Source of the DNA: Faecousia sp.
GTDB lineage: Bacteria; Bacillota; Clostridia; Oscillospirales; Oscillospiraceae
Assembly: GCA_045654265.1 (NCBI GenBank)
Contig: JAZONA010000033.1
Coordinates: 3,125 to 67,124 of the forward strand
DNA: 64,000 nt
Direction of reading: 5' to 3'
Shown here: piece by piece, positions 19,406-29,800 of the stretch
How the letters are laid out: every line of letters begins with the position of its first letter
How positions within the stretch are numbered: position 1 is the first letter of the stretch
Notes under the pieces: generated by a model
The model's database searches: none
What the model saw: the letters and a program-made list of their open reading frames with translations, nothing else
Told to the model about the DNA's origin: nothing
Position numbers and translations under genes: made by a program

Positions 19406-20428
19406 ATGAACAAGGTAATTTGTGACATTTGTGGCACTGATTATCCGGAAACTGCGGCACAATGCCCCATCTGCGGTTGTACCCAAAGAGCAGCCGGTAC
19501 TACAGTTTCTAACGAGGATAAGCCGGCCTATACATATGTTAAGGGCGGTAGGTTTTCTAAATCCAATGTTCGTAAGCGCCTGAAAGGTGCGCAGGTGCCC
19601 GCTGCTCCCAAGAAAACTTCCGAGCCTAAGGAATCCAAAATGGAAGCTAAGGTTTCGGAACATGATGAGGAAGAAGAGGAGCAGGGCTCCAGCGTCGTGC
19701 TGATTGTCATTGTGATTTTGCTTCTGCTGGCGATTATTGCCGTGGCGGGCTACATTGCAGTTAAGTACTTTGATTTCAGCTTTTTCAGCGACAGCAATGA
19801 ACCTACTACCAGCTTTACCACTGCGCCCACCACCCAGCCGACAACAGAACCTACTACGGAACCCACACAGCCTACTGTGCTGGAGATCCCCTGCACCGAC
19901 ATCGTTCTGGGCGTCAACAATTTGACTATCAGTGAGCTGAATGGTAATGCTAAGTTGGATTTCACACTGGAACCTGCGGATACCACGGATGAGGTGATTT
20001 TCTCCTCCAGTGATGAGTCTGTTGTTTCTGTTGACAATGAGGGTAATCTGACTGCCAATGGTAAGGGTGAAGCTGTCATTAGCATTGAATGTGGTGATGC
20101 TACCAAGCGGAAGGTCAAGGTTGTTTGCGACTTTGAAGAGCCCATGGATCCCACACAGACCTACATCCTGAAGATCAATGGTCGTGTTTCCCGTTACGGT
20201 GATGAATTCAATGCGGACGTATCTTTGAATGTGGGCGGCACATTTAAACTGACGCTGGAAGATGCGGATGGTAAGGTTCAAGAAGTGGATTGGACCATTT
20301 CCAATGAGGAATGCGTCACAATCGAGGGTACCACGGTTACCGGTGTTGCCAAGTCTCCCAATAACGGTGTGAAAATCTCCATCACCATCGGTGAGCATGA
20401 TTACATCTGTATTGTACGTATCAAATAA
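19406..20428 (+). CDS. Zn-ribbon + TM + Thr/Pro linker + bacterial Ig-like (Big_2) protein
   Basis: CDICG...CPICG, hydrophobic TM, PTT repeats, Ig-like signature FSSSDESVVSVDNEGNLTANGKGEAVISI; RBS GGAGG. Confidence 0.8.
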   Translation: MNKVICDICGTDYPETAAQCPICGCTQRAAGTTVSNEDKPAYTYVKGGRFSKSNVRKRLKGAQVPAAPKKTSEPKESKMEAKVSEHDEEEEEQGSSVVLIVIVILLLLAIIAVAGYIAVKYFDFSFFSDSNEPTTSFTTAPTTQPTTEPTTEPTQPTVLEIPCTDIVLGVNNLTISELNGNAKLDFTLEPADTTDEVIFSSSDESVVSVDNEGNLTANGKGEAVISIECGDATKRKVKVVCDFEEPMDPTQTYILKINGRVSRYGDEFNADVSLNVGGTFKLTLEDADGKVQEVDWTISNEECVTIEGTTVTGVAKSPNNGVKISITIGEHDYICIVRIK

Positions 20429-20431
20429 TGC

Positions 20432-20461
20432 AAAAGGAGCTGCTTAGGCAGCTCCTTTTTC
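20432..20461. terminator. Bidirectional intrinsic terminator
   Basis: AAAAGGAGCTGC-loop-GCAGCTCCTTTT between convergent genes. Confidence 0.85.
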
Positions 20462-20668
20462 TTACTCATCACAGCCGCAGCGCTTCTTGCGGAACAAGAA
20501 GGAAATGCACCACAGTCCTGCAAGACCAATGACAGTGTAAATAATACGGCTGAAAACTGCGTCCTGACCGCCAAAAATCCATGCGACCAGATCAAATTGG
20601 AAAATACCGATCAGACCCCAGTTAATACTGCCGATGATCGACAGGATCAGCGCCAAAATATCCAGCAT
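20462..20668 (-). CDS. DUF378 (YuzA-like) small membrane protein
   Basis: IIGSINWGLIGIFQFDLV..IFG...RIIY..IGLAG; RBS GGAGG before the ATG at 20668. Confidence 0.88.
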   Translation of the reverse strand: MLDILALILSIIGSINWGLIGIFQFDLVAWIFGGQDAVFSRIIYTVIGLAGLWCISFLFRKKRCGCDE

Positions 20669-20703
20669 TTGCTTACCCTCCGTTTCAAAAGTTTGGATGG
20701 TGT

Positions 20704-20732
20704 TAGAATACCCGGTTTTGCGGAATCTATAC
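20704..20732 (-). promoter_or_regulatory. Putative forespore (SigG/SigF) promoter of the DUF378 gene
   Basis: GTATA-N17-TATTCTA. Confidence 0.55.
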
Positions 20733-20799
20733 TTTCGCATTGACGGAAAAGGTCTTTTACGTTATAATGTTAGAAAGCTAAAAAAGAGAGGGCTTACTT

Positions 20800-22035
20800 A
20801 TGAATGTTTTCAAAAGCACGGATATTCTGCTGCCCAAGGCGGCGGAGCTTGAGAAGTGGGCAGTCATTGCCTGCGATCAGTTTACCTCTGATCCTGCCTA
20901 CTGGCAGCGGGTTCGCAAGACTGTTGGAGATGCACCTTCCACTTTGCACATGATCCTGCCTGAGGCAGAGCTGGGCTCCGGTAACGAAGCTGAGCGGGTG
21001 CAGCAGATCAATGCCACTATGCAGAAGTATCTGCAGGAGGACGTTTTTGCAGTCTATCCCGATTCTTACATCTACATTGAACGTACCTTGGCCGATGGCT
21101 CCGTCCGTCCCGGTCTGCTGGGTGCGGTGGATCTGGAAGCCTATGACTACCATGTTGGCTCCAATTCCGACATTCGTGCCACGGAAAAGACCGTTTTGGA
21201 GCGGATTCCGCCCCGCCAGCGGGTGCGCAAGGATGCGGCTGTGGAGCTGCCCCATGTGCTGATGTTGTGCGACGATGATCAGAAGCTGCTCATCGAGCCG
21301 GTGCAGGCTGTGCGGGATACGTTGCCGGTGCTGTACGATTTTGAGCTGATGGAGCAGGGCGGACGTGTACGTGGCTGGTTGGTTCAGGGTCAGGTGGCGA
21401 AGGAATTTGATGAGCGATTTGCCAAGTTCAGCGCCAGCGTTGCGGACAAGTACGCCGATCTGGGCGGTTCTGTGCTGCTGGCTGTGGGCGATGGCAACCA
21501 CTCTCTGGCTACCGCCAAGAGCTGCTATGAAGCCCTGAAGGCTGCCAACCCCGGTGAGGATCTTTCGAATCATCCTGCCCGGTATTCTCTGGTGGAGCTG
21601 CAGAATATTCACGATGATTCCCAGGTGTTTGCTCCCATCCACCGCATTGTGGAGAATGTAGACTGTGACAAGCTGCTGACCGCTTTGAACGGCGTCTGCG
21701 CCGAAGGCGGCTTCCAGGTGGAATGGGTCATCGGTGAGCGCAGCGGTGTCATTTCTCTGGATAAGAGCAAGGGCGAGCTGGCCGTTGCAGTTCTGCAGGA
21801 GTTCCTGGATGCCTATTTGGCCGAGAATGGCGGCGATATTGACTATATCCACGGCGATGATGAGGTGCGTGCTTTGGCACAGAAGGAAAATGCCATCGGT
21901 TTCCTGCTGCCGCCCATGGAAAAGCATCAGCTGTTCCGTGGTGTCATCTCCGGCGGTGCACTGCCTCGCAAGACCTTTTCCATGGGCCACGCCCGGGAGA
22001 AGAGATACTATCTGGAAGGACGGAAAATTAAATGA
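20800..22035 (+). CDS. DUF1015-family protein
   Basis: WAVIACDQFTS, RATEKT, AVGDGNHSLATAK, LPRKTFSMG. Confidence 0.85.
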   Translation: MNVFKSTDILLPKAAELEKWAVIACDQFTSDPAYWQRVRKTVGDAPSTLHMILPEAELGSGNEAERVQQINATMQKYLQEDVFAVYPDSYIYIERTLADGSVRPGLLGAVDLEAYDYHVGSNSDIRATEKTVLERIPPRQRVRKDAAVELPHVLMLCDDDQKLLIEPVQAVRDTLPVLYDFELMEQGGRVRGWLVQGQVAKEFDERFAKFSASVADKYADLGGSVLLAVGDGNHSLATAKSCYEALKAANPGEDLSNHPARYSLVELQNIHDDSQVFAPIHRIVENVDCDKLLTALNGVCAEGGFQVEWVIGERSGVISLDKSKGELAVAVLQEFLDAYLAENGGDIDYIHGDDEVRALAQKENAIGFLLPPMEKHQLFRGVISGGALPRKTFSMGHAREKRYYLEGRKIK

Positions 22036-22889
22036 CCACCCTTTTTGAACCGGCCTATGCCAAGGTGAATTTAACTCTGGACGTGCTGGGCAAGCGCCCG
22101 GACGGCTACCATGACCTGAAAAGTGTGATGCAGACCATTTCTCTGCGGGATGATATTGAGATCGATGTGGGAACCGGCAAGCCTTGGTCGCTGGAATGCG
22201 ACAAGGAGGGGATTCCCTGCGATGAGCGGAATCTGGCATGGAAGGCCGCTAAGGTCTACTGCAATGCATTGCATAAAGATCCCGACGGCCTGACCATCCG
22301 CATCACCAAGCGGATCCCCAGTGAAGCAGGCTTGGGCGGTGGCAGCGCCGATGCTGCGGCGGTGCTTCGTGCCCTGAATGATTACTATGGCAACCCTTTG
22401 TCCATTTGGGCTCTGGCAGAGTTGGGCGCTCAGGTTGGCAGTGATGTTCCTTTCTGCGTAGTGGGCGGCACCATGATGTGCGAGGGCAGAGGCGAGAAGC
22501 TTCGCAAGCTGCCGGATATGCCTGACTGCGTGATGGTTGTGGTGAAGCCGGATTTCCCGGTATCGACTCCTGCGCTGTACAAGAAAATCGATGAAACCGT
22601 CATCGGTCAGCGCCCCGACCAAAATGCAATGGAGAGTGCGCTGCTTGCCGGTGATCTGCTGAAGGTTGCCCAGAATCTGTGCAACGTATTCGATCCGGTT
22701 GTTACAGAGGATCATCTGGAGCTGAACTATATCAAATCCGTTTTCCACAATTACGGCGCTGTAGGATACCTGATGAGCGGTTCCGGCTCTGCGGTGTATG
22801 CCATTGTGTCGGAGTTTGAGGTTGCGGCTGTGATTTGCAGTATGCTCAAGGAAAACTATCCTCAGATTTTTATTGCCAAACCTGTTTAA
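22032..22889 (+). CDS. ispE: CDP-methylerythritol kinase
   Basis: AKVNLTL, DGYH, IP.EAGLGGGSADAA, GSDVPF, MSGSGS. Confidence 0.95.
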   Translation: MTTLFEPAYAKVNLTLDVLGKRPDGYHDLKSVMQTISLRDDIEIDVGTGKPWSLECDKEGIPCDERNLAWKAAKVYCNALHKDPDGLTIRITKRIPSEAGLGGGSADAAAVLRALNDYYGNPLSIWALAELGAQVGSDVPFCVVGGTMMCEGRGEKLRKLPDMPDCVMVVVKPDFPVSTPALYKKIDETVIGQRPDQNAMESALLAGDLLKVAQNLCNVFDPVVTEDHLELNYIKSVFHNYGAVGYLMSGSGSAVYAIVSEFEVAAVICSMLKENYPQIFIAKPV

Positions 22890-22933
22890 TATTACCGAAA
22901 ACCGTCCATACTGGAGTTATTCAGTATGGACGG
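22884..22933 (+). promoter_or_regulatory. Putative SigF promoter of spoIIR with an overlapping inverted repeat
   Basis: GTTTA-N15-GTCCATACTG; inverted repeat CCGTCCATACTG...CAGTATGGACGG. Confidence 0.55.
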
Positions 22934-22941
22934 TGATTTTT

Positions 22942-23553
22942 ATGTGGAAATTTTTCAAAAAACTGTTGGTAGTGGCGCTGATTGCGGCGGCGTTTTTCAG
23001 CGGCACCCTGATTCGGGACAAAAAGACCCTGAAGGACGATATTATCCGCCTGCATGTGGTTGCGGATTCCGATAGTGAGGCGGATCAGGCTGTGAAGCTG
23101 CAGGTTCGGGATGCAATTTTAGCGGAGATGGAGCAGATCCTTGCTACTGCAGAAAATAAGAGGGATGCATTTATCATCCTTGCTCAATCTTTGGACGATC
23201 TGCAGGATACCGCCAATGAGGTGCTTGTAGCTCTTGGTGTGGAGGACACCGCTTTCGTGACTCTGGATGAGGAAGCGTTCCCGACCCGAGTCTACGACAC
23301 ATTCTCTTTGCCTGCCGGGGTCTATGATTCTCTTCGGGTGACCATCGGTAGCGGAGAGGGGAAAAATTGGTGGTGTGTGGTGTTCCCGAAGCTGTGCGTG
23401 CCCGCTGCCTCGGAAGAGGTGGAGGATGTGGCCGCCGGTGCCGGGTTTTCTGATAGCCTCAGCGCCAGTCTTACCGGGCAGGATGGCTACCAGATCCGGT
23501 TCTTCTTCTTGGATTGTCTTGGAAAACTGGAAAATTATTTTCGCAAAGGTTGA
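22942..23553 (+). CDS. spoIIR: Stage II sporulation protein R
   Basis: Signal peptide, IRLHVVADSDSEADQAVKLQVRD, FPTR.Y, LPAG.Y, GEGKNWWCVVFP.LC. Confidence 0.95.
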   Translation: MWKFFKKLLVVALIAAAFFSGTLIRDKKTLKDDIIRLHVVADSDSEADQAVKLQVRDAILAEMEQILATAENKRDAFIILAQSLDDLQDTANEVLVALGVEDTAFVTLDEEAFPTRVYDTFSLPAGVYDSLRVTIGSGEGKNWWCVVFPKLCVPAASEEVEDVAAGAGFSDSLSASLTGQDGYQIRFFFLDCLGKLENYFRKG

Positions 23554-23622
23554 ATTATGCCCTTTTTTTGGGACGTTATCTGTGGTAAAATAGTGGCAGA
23601 TTAGAGAAAGGCGGTGTATGTC

Positions 23623-26600
23623 ATGCTGGAGTTGATTCTTGGCAAGGACTGGACTGCGAACACGGATACGATTTTGGAGGCGGTATCGGCAGATGTGGCG
23701 GCGAAAAAAGGCGGCCGCATTTTGCTGGTGCCGGAGCTGATCAGCCACGATATGGAGCGGCGGCTGTGCCAGCAGGCAGGGGATACCGCCAGCAGGTACG
23801 CACAAGTGCTGTCCTTTACCCGGCTTGCGCGGCCGGTGGCGGAGGATGCCCAGCAAGGGTTGATGCCCTGCTTGGATAATGGCGGACGGGTGGTAGCAAT
23901 GGCTGCGGCTGCCCGTCAGCTTCACGGCAGGCTGAAGGCCTATGCTGCTGTGGAAACCAAGCCGGAATTTCTGACCCAGCTGGTGGATGCGGTGGATGAG
24001 TTTAAGCGCTGTTGCATTTCTCCCAAGGATCTGATGTTGGCATCCCAGCGCACGGAAGGTGCTTTGGCGCAAAAGCTTGAGGAGCTTTCTTTGCTGTTGG
24101 AGGCATACGATGCGCTGTGCCAGCGAGGCAAGCGAGACCCCCGGGATCAGATGAATTGGGTTCTGGAACTTCTGGAATCCGGTGATTTTGGCGAAAAACA
24201 CGTATTTTACATAGATGGATTTCCGGATTTTACCCGGCAACACATGGCTGTTCTGGAGCATTTCATTCGTACCTCTGAGCAGGTTACTGTGAGCCTGAAC
24301 TGTGATGAGCCGGGAAGTAAAGCCATGGCTTTTGAAAAGGCTGGTACCACTGCAGCAGAGCTGATCAAGATCGCTCGTCGTGCTGGGGTAGAGGTGACGA
24401 TTCGGACGGTTGCCGACGGCGGTGTTCTGCAACCGGTGCGTGATTTGCTGTTTCAGGGCAAAATCACCCCCATGCCCCATCTTCAGGATGCTTTGCGCCT
24501 GCGCACCGCTGAGAGTATTCATCAGGAGTGCGCGCAGGCGGCAAGGGACATTATGGAACTGGTGCAGTCCGGCTGCCGTTATCGGGATATTAGTGTAGTT
24601 TGCACCGATATGGGCGCTTACCGACCGGTGATCGGTTTGGTGTTTCGGCGCATGGGGATCCCGGTTTATCTGTCCGGCAATGAGGATATTCTTAGCAAAG
24701 GTGCGGTGACCACGGTGCTGACCGCTTTGGAAGCGGCATTGGGCGGCTTCGAGCAGAAGGCCGTTGTTCGATATCTGCGTTCGGCACTGTCGCCGGTGAG
24801 CCAGCATGAATGTGACCTTCTGGAAAATTACGCATATATTTGGGGTATCAGCGGCAACCGTTGGAAGCAGGAATGGGTGAACCACCCGGAGGGACTCAGC
24901 GGCGAGTGGAACGATGTGACCCGTGACCGTTTGGCACGTTTGGAAACGGCAAGAGCGCAAATCGTGGCACCCTTGGAGCGACTGGCTCAGGGCTTCCGTC
25001 AGGCTACGAAGCTCAGTGAGCAGGTAGCGGCGCTGTATGCCTTTTTGGAGGATATTCAGCTTGCTAAGCGGCTGGATAAATTGGCCCTTCGGCTGGATGC
25101 GGAGGGTGATAACCGCAGCGCCCAGATCCTCAATCAGCTATGGGAGATTCTGCTTACAGCACTGGAACAGCTCCACGACGTGCTGGGTGATACTCAGTGG
25201 GATGATGATGCTTTCCAGCGGCTGTTTATGCTGCTGCTGAATCAGTATGATGTGGGTACGATTCCCTCTTTGCTGGATGCTGTCACCGTTGGACCGGTGT
25301 CGGCTATGCGCTGTCAGCGCTCGGAGCATTTGTTTGTGCTTGGTGCGGCGGAAGGCGCATTGCCCGGTTACAGCAGCACCGATGGCGTGCTGACCGATCA
25401 GGAACGGACAATGCTTCGGAAATTGGAGGTGCCCCTCACCGGCGGTGCGCTGGAAGGTATTCAGGCGGAGTTTGCGGAGGTTTATGGGGTGTTCTGTGGT
25501 GCAAAGCAGACTGTCACCGTGTCCTGCTGCAGCGCACAGCCCTCTTATGTGTATCGCAGATTGTTGGATCTGGTTGGGGATGAAATCATCACCCCTGCAG
25601 CACTTCCTGCCAATAAGTACGATGCGGCGGCGCTTCTTGCCCAATACGGTGCGGTGGATGGTGCGCAGGAATTGGCCCTTTCCGAAGAATACGATGCGGT
25701 GTGCCGCCGAAAGGATTATACCCTTGGCACCATTGCCCATGACAATGTCCGTGCCTTGTACGGCGATAAGCTGAATTTGTCTGCTTCTCAGGTGGACCGT
25801 CAAGCAGAGTGTCGATTCTCCTACTTTATGAAATATGGCCTGCGGGCACGGGAGCGGAAGGAAGCTACCGTTGACCCTGCGGAATTCGGCACCTATGTCC
25901 ATGCGGTGCTGGAGGATACTGCCCGGGAGGTAATGAACCGGGGCGGCTTCCATCAGGTGAGTTTGGAGGATACGTTGGCGCTGGCCAAGGAATTTTCCGA
26001 CAGCTATGCCAAGGAGCATTTCGGACAGCTGGATTCACAGCGGGTGGAATATCTCTTCCGCCGGAATATGCAGGAACTGGATTTGGTGGTTCAGGAGCTG
26101 TGGCAGGAGCTGAGCGCCGGTGAATTTGCTCCGGTGGACTTTGAGTTGGGCTTTGGCAAGCATGAAAAAATGGCACCTATCCAGATTCCTGCTAAGGGCA
26201 TGGAAGCCCAGCTACGGGGCTTTGTTGACCGGGTGGATGCCTATAAGGTTGCGGATACCACCTTCTTCCGGGTGGTGGATTACAAAACCGGTAAGAAGGA
26301 TTTTGATTACTGCGACGTGTTCAACGGCGTGGGACTGCAGATGCTTTTGTACCTCTTTGCTCTTCAGCAGGAGGGACAGGAAGTTTTGGGCGAAAAGCGT
26401 GTGGGTGCCGGCGTCCAGTATTTCCCGGCACGGGTACCCTATGTGAGTCTGGACGGCGCTGAGGAGGACGAGCAGTCCGAACGGCGCAAGCTTTGGAAGC
26501 GGAAGGGTCTGCTTCTTATGGATGAGCTGGTGCTGACGGCCATGGATCCGGATGATGGCATGGGCAGACTCTGCTGCACCCGGAAAAAGGACGGTTCTCT

Positions 26601-26862
26601 TTCTGGTGATTTGGCAGACCGGGAGCAGATGAGAAGCTTGCGGAAATATGTATTTTCCGTTCTGGGCAAGATGGTGGATGAGATCGCCTCCGGATTGGTA
26701 GACCCCAATCCTTACACCCGTGGCACCAGCCACAGTGCCTGCGCATTCTGTCCCTATGGAGCGGTGTGCCACAAGGAGTCGGTGGAAGGCCGGCGGAATT
26801 ATAAAACTATGACCGCCCAGCGGTTCTGGGAGGAGATCGGAAAGGAGGATACCCATGGCTGA
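23623..26862 (+). CDS. addB: Helicase/nuclease subunit B (AddB-like)
   Basis: Inactive helicase-like N-part; RecB-family nuclease RGFVDRVD...VVDYKTG...LQM..Y; Fe-S cysteines (AECRF...CAFCPYGAVC); coupled to addA. Confidence 0.88.
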   Translation: MLELILGKDWTANTDTILEAVSADVAAKKGGRILLVPELISHDMERRLCQQAGDTASRYAQVLSFTRLARPVAEDAQQGLMPCLDNGGRVVAMAAAARQLHGRLKAYAAVETKPEFLTQLVDAVDEFKRCCISPKDLMLASQRTEGALAQKLEELSLLLEAYDALCQRGKRDPRDQMNWVLELLESGDFGEKHVFYIDGFPDFTRQHMAVLEHFIRTSEQVTVSLNCDEPGSKAMAFEKAGTTAAELIKIARRAGVEVTIRTVADGGVLQPVRDLLFQGKITPMPHLQDALRLRTAESIHQECAQAARDIMELVQSGCRYRDISVVCTDMGAYRPVIGLVFRRMGIPVYLSGNEDILSKGAVTTVLTALEAALGGFEQKAVVRYLRSALSPVSQHECDLLENYAYIWGISGNRWKQEWVNHPEGLSGEWNDVTRDRLARLETARAQIVAPLERLAQGFRQATKLSEQVAALYAFLEDIQLAKRLDKLALRLDAEGDNRSAQILNQLWEILLTALEQLHDVLGDTQWDDDAFQRLFMLLLNQYDVGTIPSLLDAVTVGPVSAMRCQRSEHLFVLGAAEGALPGYSSTDGVLTDQERTMLRKLEVPLTGGALEGIQAEFAEVYGVFCGAKQTVTVSCCSAQPSYVYRRLLDLVGDEIITPAALPANKYDAAALLAQYGAVDGAQELALSEEYDAVCRRKDYTLGTIAHDNVRALYGDKLNLSASQVDRQAECRFSYFMKYGLRARERKEATVDPAEFGTYVHAVLEDTAREVMNRGGFHQVSLEDTLALAKEFSDSYAKEHFGQLDSQRVEYLFRRNMQELDLVVQELWQELSAGEFAPVDFELGFGKHEKMAPIQIPAKGMEAQLRGFVDRVDAYKVADTTFFRVVDYKTGKKDFDYCDVFNGVGLQMLLYLFALQQEGQEVLGEKRVGAGVQYFPARVPYVSLDGAEEDEQSERRKLWKRKGLLLMDELVLTAMDPDDGMGRLCCTRKKDGSLSGDLADREQMRSLRKYVFSVLGKMVDEIASGLVDPNPYTRGTSHSACAFCPYGAVCHKESVEGRRNYKTMTAQRFWEEIGKEDTHG

Positions 26863-29800
26863 GAAATTGACGCCCCAACAGGCCCAAGCGGTTAGTGATC
26901 GTGGTGGCAAGCTGCTGGTTTCTGCGGCAGCCGGTTCCGGTAAGACGAAGGTTCTGGTAGACCGGCTGATGGGATACCTTACTGACCCGGTGAATCCTGC
27001 TAATATCGACGAATTTTTGATCATTACTTACACCAAAGCGGCAGCCTCTGAGCTTCGGGGTAAGATTGCCGCCAAACTGTCGGAGCGGATTGCCCAGGAG
27101 CCTGAAAATCGGCACCTGCAGCAACAGCTTCAGCGGCTTTACATGACCACTATTTCTACAGTTCACGCCTTCTGCGGCGATATTTTGCGCCAGTATGCTT
27201 ACCGGCTGGATCTGAGCGCAGATTTCCGTGTGGCAGATGAAAATGAGTGCCGCCAGCTTCGGGATACCGCCATGGAGCAGGTTTTGGAAGAGGCCTATGA
27301 CCATGCTGGGGAGGATGCGGAGTTTTGCGCCTTTGTGGATACGCAGGGCATTGGTCGGGATGACCGGCAGGTACCGGAGATTCTCTTGAAGGTTTACGAC
27401 AGCGCCCGGTGCCATTTGGATCCGGAAGGCTGGTTGGATCGTTGCGTGAAGGCTGTGGAAGCGGAGGATGGAGAGTCTGTTTGGCAAAGATATCTGATGG
27501 ACGAGCTGTTTTCCTATCTGGATCTGCAGATCGAAGCCATGGAGCGATGTGCCACATTGGCGGCGGCTGCTGATGAGATGGAAAAGCCGGCGATCATTCT
27601 CAGCGATACGGTGAATCAGCTGCGGCACCTGCGGGAAAGCGCTACTTGGGATCAGGTGGTGTCCCGGCGGAGTATTGATTATGGCACCCTGCGTTTTTCC
27701 AAGAAATGCACCGATACCGACCTGATCGATGGCATCAAGGCGGTGCGAAACGGCTGTAAAAAGGGCTTGGAGCGCATGATGCGCAGCTTTACCGATCCGT
27801 CTGCGCAGGTGTTGGCAGATTTGCAAAGCTCTGCCGATGCGGTGCGTGGCATGGTCAAGCTGGTGCGGCGCTTTGGGCAGGTGTATGATAAGGCTAAACA
27901 ACGTCGCAGAGTTCTAGATTTCGGTGATTTGGAGCATCGGACATTGGATCTGCTACTTGGAAAGAGCCGCAGTACAGCCACATCGGTGGCACATGAGATC
28001 GGCGCACGCTTCCGGGAAGTGATGGTGGACGAGTATCAGGATTCCAATGCGGTTCAGGATGCTATTTACGGCGCACTCACCATCAAGGGGCAGAATTGCT
28101 TTATGGTCGGTGACGTGAAGCAGTCCATTTACCAGTTCCGTCTGGCTGATCCTGGGATCTTTTTGGAGAAGTATGCCTCTTTCGTCCCGGCTGCTGAAGC
28201 GAAGGCCGGGGAGGGAAGAAAGGTTGTCCTGAGCCGGAATTTCCGATCCTGCGGTGCGGTGCTGGCTGCCACAAACTGTGTGTTTGAAACTTGCATGAGT
28301 CCTGCGGTGGGTGGCCTATACTATGGCGAGGATGAGGCGCTGTATGAGGGTATCCCCCATGAGCCTCTTGCAGAGCCGGAGGTGGAGCTGTATGCCATCG
28401 ATGTGCAGGAGGATACCTATGCTGAGGAAGCGGCGTTTGTTGCCAAGCGGATCAGTGAATTGATCCGGGGGGATCATTATATTCGTGATAAGGCCGGTCA
28501 GCGACGGATCAAACCGGAGGATATTGTCATCTTGCTTCGTTCTCCCGGTTCGGTGGGTGAGCAGTATCGCATGGCGCTGGAGCGCAAGGGAATCCGATGC
28601 ACCACCGGCGGTGGCTGTGATCTGCTTCAAACAGAGGAGATCGGCGTGTTGCGATCCCTTTTGCAGATGATCCAAAACCCTCAGTTGGATATTCCTTTGG
28701 CTGCGGTGCTGGCAAGCCCGGTGTTTGAATTTACTGCCGATGATCTGGCTGCATTCCGCGGAAAGAATAAGAAATGTTCCGTTTATGATGCAATCTATCG
28801 GGATGATTCGATAAAATGTAAAGAATTTGTTTCGTTCTTACAGAAGCTTCGCAAAGAGTCCAGAATGCGCTCTGTAACAGAACTGCTGGAAACGATCTTT
28901 GTGGAAACCCGGATGGACAGCATTTATCGGGCGATGAATCCGGAAAAAGCGGAGAATTTGCAAACCTTCTATCAGCTGGCGGCAGACTTTGAAGCCGGCG
29001 GACAGCGGGATTTGGGGCGCTTTTTGGAGCATCTGGATGCTATGGAGGATAAGGGCCTGATCGTGGGCGCTGAGCAGTCCGGCAGCGGTGCGGTAACCAT
29101 TATGAGCATTCACAAGTCTAAGGGCTTGGAGTTCCCAGTGGTATTTTTGAGCGGTCTTGGCCGGGAATTTAACCGGGAAAGTCAGCGGGCTCAGGTGCTT
29201 TGTCATAAGGAACTGGGAATCGGCATTGCTGCGGCAGATGCGGTTCGCCGGGTGCGGTATCCCACTGTAGCTAAGCGGGCCATCAGCGCCCGGATCGGTG
29301 CGGAAAGTGTATCTGAGGAGCTGCGTGTGCTGTATGTGGCCATGACCCGTGCCAAGGATCGGCTGATCATGACCTATGCCTCTCGATCTTTGGAGGGAGA
29401 ACTTCAGGATATGGTTGCCCGAATGAACATGGGTTGCAAGGAGCTACTTACACGGGAGGCTGGCTGTCCCGGTGAGTGGGTGCTGCTTGCGGCGCTGACC
29501 CGAATCGAGGCAGGAGAACTGTTCAATCTGGGCGGCAAGCCTTCCCGTGTGACGGTGCAGGAGCATCCGTGGCTGATTCGTGTGGAAAATGCGCCTCCGG
29601 AGGAAGGCTTTGGCTTGCAAGCAGAAAAAAAGGTCACTTTCCCAAAGGAAATGCTGACTGTGCTGCAGAAAAACCTTTCCTTTACCTATGCGTATGATGA
29701 AGCGACCCGTGCCCCTTCCAAGCAGACGGCAACCCAGCGAAAGGGTCGCCTGAAGGATCAGGAGGCAGCGGAAAATACACCGGAGCCGAAACCCATTCAC

